Origin: Candidatus Latescibacterota bacterium
Lineage (GTDB): Bacteria > Latescibacterota > UBA2968 > GCA-2709665
Assembly (NCBI GenBank): GCA_965203805.1
Contig: OZ241917.1
Span: 2,720,001 to 2,784,000 of the forward strand
Direction: 5' to 3'
DNA: 64,000 nucleotides
Shown here piece by piece: positions 50,565-60,828 of the stretch; within the stretch, counting starts at the first letter, position 1; each line of letters opens with the position of its first letter. The translations under genes and the position numbers were made by a program. The notes under the pieces are model-generated. The model did no database searches, had not been told where the DNA came from, and was given only the letters and a program-made list of their open reading frames with translations.

Positions 50565-51827
50565 TCAGCCTTCCTCCTCCGACTCGGCCGCGGTGGCATC
50601 CCCGTATTCCGCGATCCACTTTTCGGCTTCTTCGTCGGTGTAGGCGCCAACGACCGCGCCACAGTGTTCCGGAAGTTCGTAGGACGTCGTCTTGCCGACG
50701 TGGGGCGTCAACTTCTCCCTTAAAGCGTTCGCGGTTTCGTGGTACATCCCGTCCACAATGGACTCCACCTCCTCCAGTGTCATGCCGCCACCGAAAATCG
50801 CCCCGCTCAGGTCGGTCTCTTCGCCGATAGACTGTGCGATTCGCTGCTCGAAGGAGTCGGGGTAATCCACGTGACTCCTTACGCCCTGGAACTGCGCCTC
50901 CGTGAGATCCGCGCCCTGCAGGTTCGCCCCGACAATGAAGGCGCCTTGCAGATGCGTGCGGGACAGTACGGCGCCGCGCAACGTCGAACGGGCAAGATCG
51001 GCCCCGTGGAGATTCGCCCGGGAAAGGCTCGCGGCATCGAGTCGCGCACCAACCAGGTCGGCGCCCTGCAGCCTCGCCCATGAGAGACCGGCGCTCTGCA
51101 GGTGCGCCCACGACAGGTCCGCGCCCTGGAGTTGCGCCCCAACCAGGTCCGCGCCCTGCAGCCTCGCCTCCGCGAGATTTGCGCCGCAAAGGTACGCGGC
51201 GCACAGCGTGGCGCCATTCAACCAGCTTCCCTGCAGGTCGATTTGAAGACCTTCGCAGAACCCGCGACGGGAGGCGAACAGCAGACTGAGCAGGCTCTGG
51301 ACCTCCACCGAAGGATTCGACCTGTGCGTTCTCCGATATGTGTCCTGTCCCGTGGTACGGCGTATATGCGAGCAGAGAATGTCCAGCACCGGCTGTCGCA
51401 GCGTTTCAGTATCCTCCGCAAGGTGGAAGAGTTCATAAGCGCCGCCCAGGCGAACGGCTACCGACTCGTGCCCCAGGTGTTCGACGCCGTTGTGCAGGCG
51501 TTCATGTCTCCGCCCCTGCTCCGCGTCGCGCCTTGCCAGCGCCACCTCCGTTGCGGCCCTGGCCTGCTCAGAAGCAGCCTCGGCCTGTGCCTTCGCGACC
51601 GCTTCCATTTCCCTGGCGCGCTTATAGGCCATAAGTGCGTTCAGCGCTACCAGGAGACCCGCGACGCCGATGCCGAAGAACTTAAGCGTTTCGGTTTTCG
51701 GGTATAGACCCAGAACCGCGGATATTTGCGTCCCCGCGTAAGGAATGAACAGGAGACACACGAGGGCGCCCAGCGCAAGGACGAGCAGGGCAATCAGGAT
51801 GTTCTGCAGGATCGTGAAGAGATTCAT
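50565..51827 (-). CDS. Membrane-anchored pentapeptide-repeat protein (paralog)
   Basis: Same architecture as 49280-50500. Probable start is MNLFTIL at 51827 with a GGAGG RBS. Confidence 0.9.
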   Translation of the reverse strand: MNLFTILQNILIALLVLALGALVCLLFIPYAGTQISAVLGLYPKTETLKFFGIGVAGLLVALNALMAYKRAREMEAVAKAQAEAASEQARAATEVALARRDAEQGRRHERLHNGVEHLGHESVAVRLGGAYELFHLAEDTETLRQPVLDILCSHIRRTTGQDTYRRTHRSNPSVEVQSLLSLLFASRRGFCEGLQIDLQGSWLNGATLCAAYLCGANLAEARLQGADLVGAQLQGADLSWAHLQSAGLSWARLQGADLVGARLDAASLSRANLHGADLARSTLRGAVLSRTHLQGAFIVGANLQGADLTEAQFQGVRSHVDYPDSFEQRIAQSIGEETDLSGAIFGGGMTLEEVESIVDGMYHETANALREKLTPHVGKTTSYELPEHCGAVVGAYTDEEAEKWIAEYGDATAAESEEEG

Positions 51828-51990
51828 AGGGTCCTCCCGTTTAAATGGCGGTATTCGAAGGTGAGATCCGACCGTCTGCCTGCGCCCCCGATATGCGAGA
51901 ATTCGGAGCAGCATGGCGACCGGGTCGCGATGCTGGAAATATCCCGCCACATTCTCTCGTTGGCAAACAGAATCCGAGGTGCGCCGCGCT

Positions 51991-54522
51991 TCACGCCACC
52001 AGGTCGTCCCGGCCCAACTCGGCGGCCGGTGTACGGCTCGCGCGCATTGCCGGATAGAGACTTGCCAGCAAGGCCGCGCCCAGGATGGCCGACACCTGCT
52101 GAAGGACAGGTCCCCACGGCCAGTAAACCTGTATGGTCCATCCGAAATACGCCCGGTTGATCTCGAATACCAGAACGCCGGCCAGAAGGACGCCCCCCAC
52201 AAGCCCCAGCCCCAAACCCAGCAATCCGAATCCCAGACCCTGGCCCAGGAATATCCCGAAAACCTGCCTGCGCTTCGCGCCCACCGCGCGATACAACGCC
52301 AATTCGGTCATCTGCTCGCGCACGAGCACAAGCAGCATCAACATAATCCCGCATACGGCAATCAGCAGACTCATGCCCTGAAGAACGCGTGTGACCAGAA
52401 ACGTCTGGTCGAATATCCGGAACACCTCGTCTCTGAGCCGGCGATTGCTGCGAATCTGAAGCGGCGCCTCTGAAAAGCGGGCCTCAAGACCCTGGATGAC
52501 GGCATCTCCGTCCCAGCCTGATTTCAGATATAGCGCCGCTCCGTTGACCGGTCCCGGGCCGATGAAGGCCTCCAGGGTTGCCAGATCCATAACGACCGCG
52601 CCGCCGCCGGTATGGTAGTCGTAATACACGCCCGCCACGGAAAACCGGACCTCCCCTTCCGGCCCGGCAACCGCGATTTTGTCGCCGGTCCATATGTTGA
52701 CCCCCCGGGCCAGCGTTTCGCCGACGAGAACCGCTCCCTCCTCACGTACCCGCCGAAACGCTTCATCCACATGCCCATCCAGCAGCGGAAAACGCACCTC
52801 GCCCCCGGGGAGCGCCATGTCCACGCCCGCCATTCCGATCTGACGGTCGCCGGACCACGCCGGGAAACCGCGGAGGCGGTCCACCGCCGCCACGCCCGGA
52901 TGACTTGCCAGGGCCTCGACCAGTTCATCCTCCAGAATGCCCGCGGTGCCGCGTCCCCGCCACGACGCGGGCGAAATGTATACATCCGCCCGGATCGACG
53001 CGTTGACCCACACCTCCACGGTCCGGCGGAAACTCCCGATCATCAGCGTAATACCCACCAGCATGCTTACAGCAATGGCCAACGACGCCACTGCGAACGA
53101 CGCCGTGCGGATCCGGATGCTCAGCCCTCTCAGGCTGTAACCCGGCCCGAATCCCGTTACACGCACCCGTCCGCAAACCTGGCGGATGGCGAACGGCGCA
53201 CACAACGGCAGCCCGATCAGGAGCGCGACGCAGAGTACGAACCCCGCGTGTTTCCATTCCTTTCCCCATCCCGCGTACCAGAAACCCGCCGCCGCCAGAA
53301 TGCCCGCGCCCGCTGCAAAAAGACGGATCACCTGCGATTCCGTCCGCTCCTGAAGCGGAACCGCCGAAAGCAAAGCGCGGGGTTCCCGCCGGCTCATATC
53401 GAGCGCGGGGGCCAGGGCGCCCGCCAGGGCGCCGCCCATTCCGATCGCCGCACCCAACCCGTACAGCCATTGAGGCAGCGCCAGAGATGAAATCTCCTCC
53501 AGCAGGTACAGATTCGTTAGCGTCGCGCTCACTACCTCGAGGTTCGCACCGGCGGCCCAGTACCCCAGCGGCAGCCCAAGCAACACCCCCAGCGCTCCCA
53601 GTAGCGCCACCTCCCAAAGGATCAGCGCCAGGACCTGAGTCCTTGAGGCGCCCAGAGATCGCAGCAGCCCGAATTCCGTCCGGCGCCGTATCAGCCCCGC
53701 CTGCGTGCTGCTGTAAACGAGGAACAGCCCTGCAAACAGGCTGATAAGGCTCATCGCCGACAGGTTCAGCCGAAACGCCGAAAGCAGTCCTTCCGCCTGC
53801 TCCGAACGCTGCCCGGGCGTAACAACCCGCATCCCCGGGCCGAGGCGGTCCTGCAGCCGTCTCCGGACCCCTTCGGCGTCCGCGCCGTGAGCCGTACGCA
53901 CATCGATCTGATGGAGTTCGCCTCGCCGCCCCAGCAGCGCCTGCGCCTGCGCGATATCCATCACCACCAGCTTCCGGCTGGCCAGCGGGCTCAACTTCTG
54001 GAAGTCCACCATGGCCCCAACGCGCAGCCGCACCCGTCGAACACCGCTGTGGACTACGAACGTATCGCCCACGGCCCAGCCGAAACGCGCCGCAAGGACC
54101 GGCGTTACCGCACTCCATCCATCCCCCGCCAGCGCAGCCGAGATGTCGTCCGGGTCGCCGCGCCACGGGATCCGCATGGGCGTAAAGAAGTCGACTCCCA
54201 ACACCTCAAGATAGAACCTCTCCCGGTCCGCCAGCGCCACGTCCGCCCTATAGAGCGGCCATGCCGCCGCCACTCCCTCCACGGACAGCACCTCCGCATA
54301 CCGTTGCTCCGAAAACGCCGGCGTTCTTCCGAAGACGCTTATTTCGGCCTCCCCGCTGACGGCCCGCACCGTCCCCTCGAATGCGGCCAGTGCGTTGTAA
54401 TTCACTATCTGAATGGAGAGCACCGACGCAACGCCCAGCGCCACGCCGAAAACCGTCAGCAGATAAAGGCTGCCTCCCGAGCGAAGTTGCGCGCACAGCG
54501 AATTTGCAAAATATCGGACCAA
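51991..54522 (-). CDS. FtsX-like (MacB-type/AttFG) ABC transporter permease
   Basis: Duplicated FtsX/MacB layout (GVALGVA, RRTEFGLLRSLG, ELALYRAVG). Start is uncertain; the ORF extends to 54639. Confidence 0.9.
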   Translation of the reverse strand: MVRYFANSLCAQLRSGGSLYLLTVFGVALGVASVLSIQIVNYNALAAFEGTVRAVSGEAEISVFGRTPAFSEQRYAEVLSVEGVAAAWPLYRADVALADRERFYLEVLGVDFFTPMRIPWRGDPDDISAALAGDGWSAVTPVLAARFGWAVGDTFVVHSGVRRVRLRVGAMVDFQKLSPLASRKLVVMDIAQAQALLGRRGELHQIDVRTAHGADAEGVRRRLQDRLGPGMRVVTPGQRSEQAEGLLSAFRLNLSAMSLISLFAGLFLVYSSTQAGLIRRRTEFGLLRSLGASRTQVLALILWEVALLGALGVLLGLPLGYWAAGANLEVVSATLTNLYLLEEISSLALPQWLYGLGAAIGMGGALAGALAPALDMSRREPRALLSAVPLQERTESQVIRLFAAGAGILAAAGFWYAGWGKEWKHAGFVLCVALLIGLPLCAPFAIRQVCGRVRVTGFGPGYSLRGLSIRIRTASFAVASLAIAVSMLVGITLMIGSFRRTVEVWVNASIRADVYISPASWRGRGTAGILEDELVEALASHPGVAAVDRLRGFPAWSGDRQIGMAGVDMALPGGEVRFPLLDGHVDEAFRRVREEGAVLVGETLARGVNIWTGDKIAVAGPEGEVRFSVAGVYYDYHTGGGAVVMDLATLEAFIGPGPVNGAALYLKSGWDGDAVIQGLEARFSEAPLQIRSNRRLRDEVFRIFDQTFLVTRVLQGMSLLIAVCGIMLMLLVLVREQMTELALYRAVGAKRRQVFGIFLGQGLGFGLLGLGLGLVGGVLLAGVLVFEINRAYFGWTIQVYWPWGPVLQQVSAILGAALLASLYPAMRASRTPAAELGRDDLVA

Positions 54523-54580
54523 TGGATCTGCCCTGATCTTCAGAAGAAGCACTGCAGCCCGATACGCGGCCGCGGGCGGG

Positions 54581-55291
54581 TCACGCGGAGGGGTGGGGCG
54601 GGAGACCCATCTTGCCGCTGTGCAGTTCCCATACGTCATCGGCCAGCGAGGCGAACTCCCGGCTGTGGGTCACGTAGACCAGCGTCGCGCCCTCCTTCTC
54701 AACCAGGTCCATCATCAGGTTCATCACCCGCCGCCCGTTTTCGTCGTCCAGATTGCCGGTCGGTTCATCTGCCAGCAACAGACCGGGCCGGCGCAACAGC
54801 GCCCTGCAGATGGCCACCCGCTGCTGTTCGCCGCCGGAGAGCTTCTGCACCGGGTCCTGCGCCCGATCCGCCAGTTCCACGCGATTCAGAAGCTCCCGGA
54901 CCCGCGGGCGGTACGTTCGCGGCTTCTCCCCGGCGATCATCGCGGGCAACGCGACGTTCTCGGCAACCGGCAGGTGCGGCATCAGATAGAAGAATTGAAA
55001 GATAAGGCCTACCTCGTCCCGTCTCACCATCGTTCGCGCTTCTTCAGACAATGCGCTCAGGTTCCGTTGTCGCACCCGCACCACCCCTTCGGTGGGGACG
55101 TCAATACCCGCCGCAAGGTGCAGCAAGGTGGATTTCCCGCTGCCGCTGCGCCCCACCACGGCCACCCTTCGGCCGGGCTCGACGTCGAAGGACACGTCCC
55201 GCAGCGCGTAACGCAGCCCGCTTCCCGCGTCGTATGCCCTGGAAACGCGCTCGAACGAGAGCGCGGGCGCCGTGTCAGTTTTAACCTTCAT
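54581..55291 (-). CDS. ABC transporter ATP-binding protein (LolD/AttE-like)
   Basis: GRSGSGKS, LSGGEQQR, DEPTGNLD and VTH motifs. Confidence 0.92.
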   Translation of the reverse strand: MKVKTDTAPALSFERVSRAYDAGSGLRYALRDVSFDVEPGRRVAVVGRSGSGKSTLLHLAAGIDVPTEGVVRVRQRNLSALSEEARTMVRRDEVGLIFQFFYLMPHLPVAENVALPAMIAGEKPRTYRPRVRELLNRVELADRAQDPVQKLSGGEQQRVAICRALLRRPGLLLADEPTGNLDDENGRRVMNLMMDLVEKEGATLVYVTHSREFASLADDVWELHSGKMGLPPHPSA

Positions 55292-55437
55292 CAGGAACCA
55301 TACCGGGGAGAACGGGCGGAACCGGGCCGGAGATCCGGCTGGTGTTCGCCGTTGGATTGGGGTTGCGATCGGGGGGGTTTTCCCGTATGCTGTCTCGATA
55401 TCGACCGCGATACATGTCAACTTCAGGAGGCGTCCGG

Positions 55438-56496
55438 GTGTCTTCTCTTTTCAGAAAAAAAAACACCCTTACAGGCCTTGCGCGAACCTGCGGCTGAGCG
55501 GCCAAAGTCAGTCCGGTCGGACTGAAGCAACTTCTGGACCGCCTGCCTCAAAACGTCGATCCGAACCTGTTGGTGGGATTTCATACCAGCGACGACGCCG
55601 GTATCTACCGGATAGACGATGAGACGGCGCTCGTGCTCACGGCGGACTTTATCACGCCGCCGGTGGACGATCCGTACCTGTTCGGCCAGATCGGCGCGGC
55701 CAACGCACTCAGCGACGTCTACGCGATGGGCGGCCGGCCCGTCGCGTGCCTGAACCTCATCGGATTTCCATCCCGACGCCTGGGTCCGGAGGTGCTGGAG
55801 GGCATCGTCGAGGGGGCGCTGAGCAAGATCACGGAAGCCGGAGCCGTGCTGGCGGGCGGGCACACCACCGACGACGAAGAACCCAAATTCGGCCTTTCCG
55901 TAACCGGGGTCGTGCACCCCGATGAATATTGGCACAACGCCGGCGCCCGTCCGGGAGACCTGCTCATCCTGACCAAACCCGTTGGCAGCGGCGTTCTCTT
56001 CAATGCAAATCTCAAAGGATGGGTCTCGGATGCGGCGATGCGGGAATGCCTGGACACCACTGCCGCGCTCAACAGAACCGCGGCTGAGGTCATGGCCGGG
56101 TTCGACATTCACGCGGCCACCGACGTCACCGGCTTCGGACTGGCCGGCCACGCCCTGGAAATCGCCAGGGGCTCGGGCATCACCCTGGAGATCTCAACCG
56201 GCGACGTCCCCATCATGCCGGAGGCGTTCGAGATGTACGGGAGAGGCGTGGGCACGGGCGCCAACGCCGCCAACCGGGAACTCATCCGTGAAGCGGTACG
56301 TTTTGACGCGGCCGAGGCTGAACGTCACAGTGAGATATTTGTCGATCCCCAGACCAGCGGAGGTCTGCTGGTCTCGGTTCCCGCCGATCAGGCCCATGGC
56401 CTCCTGTCCGCCCTGAACGACGCGGGGGAGGCCGGCGCACGCGTCATCGGATCCGCCAGACCCCTGGACGGCGCCGCGCAGATCGTCTTTGCCTGA
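55438..56496 (+). CDS. selD: Selenophosphate synthetase (selenide, water dikinase), selenocysteine-containing
   Basis: GTG at 55438 after AGGAGG reads ...ARTCG-UGA(55495-55497)-AAKVSP in frame with the ORF at 55570. That ORF has DDAG, ANALSDVYAMGG, GGHT, TDVTGFGL and DPQTSGGLL. Confidence 0.93.
55498..55525 (+). promoter_or_regulatory. Bacterial SECIS element
   Basis: Hairpin TCAGTCC-GGTC-GGACTGA (55508-55525) starting 11 nt after the in-frame UGA, with a G-rich apical loop. Confidence 0.8.
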
Positions 56497-56543
56497 TCGC
56501 CGTATCAGAAAACCGGACGAAGCGACCCGCCCCTGTAAGGCGC

Positions 56544-57563
56544 CTATCGCCCCACCGCGCTTTCCGCCACCCTCAGCCCGGAGCATTTCGCAAGGACCAG
56601 TTCTCCCACCCTGCCCACCGCCTGCTTCACCCCCCAGGTGGGCCGCGGCTGCCCGATCGGGGACAATTTAACCAGCACCCGGTTTCCGGGGCGCGCCAGA
56701 ACCAGAACGCCAAAGTGCTGGGAGAACGCGCCCTCCTTCACCATCGTCTCCACCAGGCAGTCCCGGTTCCGGTCCATGTACACGGCCACCAGCTTGATCA
56801 CCACGTTCACGCCGTGGTGATCCGTCTGCCACGAACAGGGCTCAAAACCCGCCGGCAACCGGGCGCGGTCGTACTTCCCTTCCAGCAACATATTCGGCAT
56901 CGTTCCGACCTTTTCAACGGGCTTCGGGAGCGTCGCGCGGGCATCTCGCCGCCAGACAAAATAACTGACGGGCACGCCGGCATCCAGGGCCTTCCGTTCG
57001 TATTTCGTGGGCTTCCGTCCCCGCAGCCCCGACACCGACGCGGACGGGAAGACGGATCGCAGAAGCGGCTGAGCTTCCAGCACCTCTGAAATCCAGGACG
57101 CGTATTCCCCGTGGTCCGTTGCCACGGTCACCTCGCCGCCCGGAGACAGACGTTCCGCCAGTGCCTTGGCGAATGCCGGCTGAATGAGGCGCCTGCCGTG
57201 ATGCCGCTCCTTCGGCCAGGGATCCGGGAAGTTGATATAGGCCTCTGCGACGCTATTCACCGGGAAGAGGCGTTCGAACGCAAAATCCGCCGCGCCGTGA
57301 ACCACGCGCACATTCTTCGGACGCCCCCGGTCCAATCGCCTGAACAACCTCTGAACGGATACCCATGACCGCTCGATCCCAACGAAATCCATCTCCGGAC
57401 ACGCAAGGGCCCGATCCACCAGAAACTCGCCGGTGCCGAAGCCGATCTCCACGACCAGCGGCCCCGAACGGCCGAAGATCGCCGCCCAATCCGGCGGCCA
57501 GTTCAACCTGGTCCAGGAGACCATATAATTCAGAATGGCTTCGCTAAGCGGGCTGACGGCCAT
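56544..57563 (-). CDS. trmB: tRNA (guanine-N7)-methyltransferase with a C-terminal extension
   Basis: VEIGFGTG, NFPDPWPKERH, ATDH-EY and TKYERK motifs. Confidence 0.9.
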   Translation of the reverse strand: MAVSPLSEAILNYMVSWTRLNWPPDWAAIFGRSGPLVVEIGFGTGEFLVDRALACPEMDFVGIERSWVSVQRLFRRLDRGRPKNVRVVHGAADFAFERLFPVNSVAEAYINFPDPWPKERHHGRRLIQPAFAKALAERLSPGGEVTVATDHGEYASWISEVLEAQPLLRSVFPSASVSGLRGRKPTKYERKALDAGVPVSYFVWRRDARATLPKPVEKVGTMPNMLLEGKYDRARLPAGFEPCSWQTDHHGVNVVIKLVAVYMDRNRDCLVETMVKEGAFSQHFGVLVLARPGNRVLVKLSPIGQPRPTWGVKQAVGRVGELVLAKCSGLRVAESAVGR

Positions 57564-57837
57564 AACACCGCTCCATGCGGGAGAATGCCTTTCTCGCAAT
57601 CATGGTTGAATTTAGTGGATAAGAGACCCCGAATCAAGGGGCGCGTTCTCCCGATCCCGACGCCGCGGAAAACCATTGACATCGGAATTCTCCCAATGCA
57701 TTTTTTGTACGGCACGAAGTTTCTGGATAGAAATTGAATAAAATCAACCAGATAAGAAATTCATCAAGCTTTACCGACGCCTGTCCTGCACGCAAACGCG
57801 GATTCCAGGGGTCAGGTTTTCCACAGGAGGCATTGCG

Positions 57838-58476
57838 ATGAACGTGTTGGTCCTTTCGGGAGCGAATCACGGGTTCGATCAGAGCGCCGGGCTGATACGG
57901 GGCTTTCTGGATTCACAGGCCGATATCTCGGTGGACTTGAGCGTGGACAAGGACCTGCTCGCGGGCGGGATGGACCTGTACGACGTCTGCGTGTTCGGGA
58001 CGGGTTTCACCCGCACGGTAAAGCGGGAGGACGGTTCGATCGCGCGTGAGCCGGACCTGACCCCCGCCCAGGAGGAAGGTCTCTTCGGATTCGTTGCGGG
58101 CGGCAAGGGCCTGGTTGGGATTCACGGATCGGGATGGTGGATCGGCGGACGCGCGGCGGATCTGCTCGGCGGGCATGCCAATTGGCACCCGCCCGGGTTG
58201 ACGTTCACCGTCCGGGTGGAAGACGAGGCCCACCCCGCGATGGAAGGTATTCAGGATTTCGAGGTGGACGACGAAATCTACATATCGGCGTATGAACCCC
58301 GGCTGCAAATCCTCGCGTCCGCCCAATGGCACGGCGGCACGTTTCCGGTTGTATGGGTGAAAACGTACGGATCGGGGCGGATCTTCTACACGGCGCTTGG
58401 CCACGGCCCCGGGACGTTCGCGAGGCCCCCGGTCCAGACGATGCTCTGCCAGGGCGTGCGCTGGGCCGCGGGCTGA
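57838..58476 (+). CDS. ThuA (trehalose utilisation) domain protein
   Basis: GKGLVGIH, HPP, DEIY and GSGRIFYTALGH motifs. Confidence 0.85.
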   Translation: MNVLVLSGANHGFDQSAGLIRGFLDSQADISVDLSVDKDLLAGGMDLYDVCVFGTGFTRTVKREDGSIAREPDLTPAQEEGLFGFVAGGKGLVGIHGSGWWIGGRAADLLGGHANWHPPGLTFTVRVEDEAHPAMEGIQDFEVDDEIYISAYEPRLQILASAQWHGGTFPVVWVKTYGSGRIFYTALGHGPGTFARPPVQTMLCQGVRWAAG

Positions 58477-58581
58477 ACGTCACGGACCGAAGGTCGCGCC
58501 AGGGGCGGCGTCGAAAACCGCTCACCGGATCCGTTTGCGTGGGGAACCTCAACGTTGGTTGGCAGGCAAGGAGGAATCGAA

Positions 58582-59367
58582 ATGCTGGAGTTGAATCTGT
58601 CGGGCAGAGTAGCGCTTGTGACGGGAGGCAGCGAGGGCATTGGAAAAGGGATCGCCCGCAAGTTGGCCGAGGAGGGGTGCAGGGTTGCCGTGTGCGCGCG
58701 GCGCCGGGACGTTCTCGCGGACGCGGCCCGGGCCATCAGGTTGGAATCCGGCGCCGAGGTGCTTGCGGTGCAGGCGGACGTGACGCAAGCGGCGGACCTG
58801 GAGCGGTTGGTGAACGCGGCGGTGTCCGAGTTCGGCGGTATCGATATTCTCGTGAATAACGCGGGCCGTTCGGAAGGCCATCACTTCGAGGATGCGGCCG
58901 AGTCCGTCTGGCTGTCGGACTTCGATCTGAAGTTCTGGGCGGCTGTTCGCAGTTCGAAACTCGCCGTTCCGCATATGAAGGCCCGCGGCGGGGGCAGCAT
59001 CGTGAATATCACTCATCCGGGAGGCAAGGCACCCGGACCGGGCTCCGTGCCCACGTCGGTGAGCCGGGCCGCCGGTATCGCTTTGACCAAAGCCATGTCC
59101 AAGGATCTGGCGCAATATCTGATCCGCGTGAACACGGTATGTCTGACGAACATCAGGTCCGCTCAGGCACAGCGGGCGTGGACGGCGTCCGGCAGCGACC
59201 TGGGATTCGATGCCTGGTGCAAAGAACTCGGAAAGGACGTCCCACTGGGCCGGATGGGCGAGCCCGGCGAGGTGGCCGATCTGGTCGCGTTTCTGGTGTC
59301 CGACCGGGGCGCCTTCATTACCGGCGCGGCGATCAATATCGACGGCGGATCGGGAGAGACGGTCTAG
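58582..59367 (+). CDS. SDR family oxidoreductase
   Basis: TGGSEGIG, NNAG, PLGRMG and ITGAAINIDGG motifs; atypical catalytic motif (TSVSR). Confidence 0.9.
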   Translation: MLELNLSGRVALVTGGSEGIGKGIARKLAEEGCRVAVCARRRDVLADAARAIRLESGAEVLAVQADVTQAADLERLVNAAVSEFGGIDILVNNAGRSEGHHFEDAAESVWLSDFDLKFWAAVRSSKLAVPHMKARGGGSIVNITHPGGKAPGPGSVPTSVSRAAGIALTKAMSKDLAQYLIRVNTVCLTNIRSAQAQRAWTASGSDLGFDAWCKELGKDVPLGRMGEPGEVADLVAFLVSDRGAFITGAAINIDGGSGETV

Positions 59368-59372
59368 ACGAA

Positions 59373-60146
59373 TTATATGGACAACTGGTGCGCCCGCGTA
59401 AAGCAGCGACGCCGGACGACGTGCACGACGATCAAGGAACCGATGGCGGTGGCGGCGACAATCATCAGCATCACGATAATCTGATACTTGATCGCGGTCA
59501 TCGGATCCGAGCCGGCCAGAATCTGGCCGGTCATCATCCCGGGAAGGGAGACGAGACCAACGGTCATCAGGGCGTTGATGGAGGGAATCATGCCGGCTTT
59601 CACCACGTCGCGCAGGATGGTGGTCGTGGCTTCCTGGTAGGTGGCGCCGAGGCAGAGGGCGAGTTCGATCCGGGCTCTTTGTTTCCGCAAATCGGAGAAG
59701 AGGCGTTCCAGCGCAATGGTAACCGCGTTCATGGAATTGCCGACGATCATGCCGCCCAGGGGAATGAAGTACTGCGGCGTGTACCAGGGTTTGACCTGCA
59801 CGATTGCGGCGGTGACCAGGATGGACACGGTGGTGTAGCTGGCGACCATGGAAATGAAGGTGGGCACGAAGTAGGCCACCTCCTTTTCTTTCACCCGGCC
59901 GCGAATGGCGTGCGCGGCCCAGAAGACCATCCATACGAAGAGGATGAGAATCAGGTACGGGTTGTTGATCTGAAATATGTACTTGAGGACGTAGCCGACC
60001 AGGAAGAGTTGCGCGAAGGTGCGCACCGTGCCCCACGCGAGGTCCTTTTCCAGGTTCAGCCGGAAGATGACAGAGCCCGTGCCCGCGATCAGGACGAATA
60101 CGAGGCACAGCAGCAGTTGCAGCGGGGAGATCTCGATCAGGTTCAT
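59373..60146 (-). CDS. fetB: Iron export ABC permease FetB (YbbM/UPF0014)
   Basis: RTFAQL, IPLGGMIVGNSM, GLVSLPGMMTGQIL and YQIIVM motifs. Confidence 0.88.
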   Translation of the reverse strand: MNLIEISPLQLLLCLVFVLIAGTGSVIFRLNLEKDLAWGTVRTFAQLFLVGYVLKYIFQINNPYLILILFVWMVFWAAHAIRGRVKEKEVAYFVPTFISMVASYTTVSILVTAAIVQVKPWYTPQYFIPLGGMIVGNSMNAVTIALERLFSDLRKQRARIELALCLGATYQEATTTILRDVVKAGMIPSINALMTVGLVSLPGMMTGQILAGSDPMTAIKYQIIVMLMIVAATAIGSLIVVHVVRRRCFTRAHQLSI

Positions 60147-60805
60147 CCGCAGACCTCCTGCAGACCGCCGTCGAGCCGGTAACGCCGGGCCCTGATGCGC
60201 TCCGGCCTGAAGTCCAGATGCGTGACCTTCACGATGCCGATATTCTGCTCCAGCGCGAGGCGTTCCAGCCAGGTCTCGACCACCGATTTGGACTCGGGGT
60301 CGAGGGCTGACGTGGGTTCGTCGCAAAGGAGAAAACGGGGTTCGGACAACAGCGTCCGGATGAGGGCAATACGTTGCTTCTGGCCCATTGAGAGGGTTTC
60401 CGCGTCGTCGTCGAGGTCCACGTCCTGGAGCAGAAAATCGTCCAGAAGGGTTCGAAGCATGTTTTCGTCCGGCAATCGCTTTTCGCGTGCGGCCCTGAAC
60501 GTGAACGACAGGGTCAGGTTGGAACGCACGGCGCCGCCGGCCATTTCAGGTGTCTGCTGCACGTATCCGACCGTTCGCCGCAGTTCGGTGACGTCGCGCC
60601 GCCTCACGGACCGGCCGTCCAGCAGGATCTCGCCGGAGGCCGGTTCCTGTAGCCGGCTGGGCAGTCTGAGGAAGCTGGATTTCCCGCTTCCCGACGGACC
60701 GTGAATGAGAACGAAGTCCCCGCTGTCAACGGTAAGGTTTACCCCCTCGAACAGCGGCTTTTTCGTGCCGTACCGGAGCGAAAGGTTTTTGATCTCAAGG
60801 CGCAT
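60143..60805 (-). CDS. fetA: ABC ATP-binding protein FetA (YbbL-like)
   Basis: GPSGSGKS, LSMGQKQR and DEPTSALD motifs; real start is MRLEIKNL at 60805; overlaps fetB. Confidence 0.82.
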   Translation of the reverse strand: MRLEIKNLSLRYGTKKPLFEGVNLTVDSGDFVLIHGPSGSGKSSFLRLPSRLQEPASGEILLDGRSVRRRDVTELRRTVGYVQQTPEMAGGAVRSNLTLSFTFRAAREKRLPDENMLRTLLDDFLLQDVDLDDDAETLSMGQKQRIALIRTLLSEPRFLLCDEPTSALDPESKSVVETWLERLALEQNIGIVKVTHLDFRPERIRARRYRLDGGLQEVCG

Positions 60806-60828
60806 GGCTGCCTGATATTCGCGAGCGG

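Noticed and set aside
49600-51240. 15/30-bp periodic repeats
   Set aside because: Explained by pentapeptide-repeat coding sequence.
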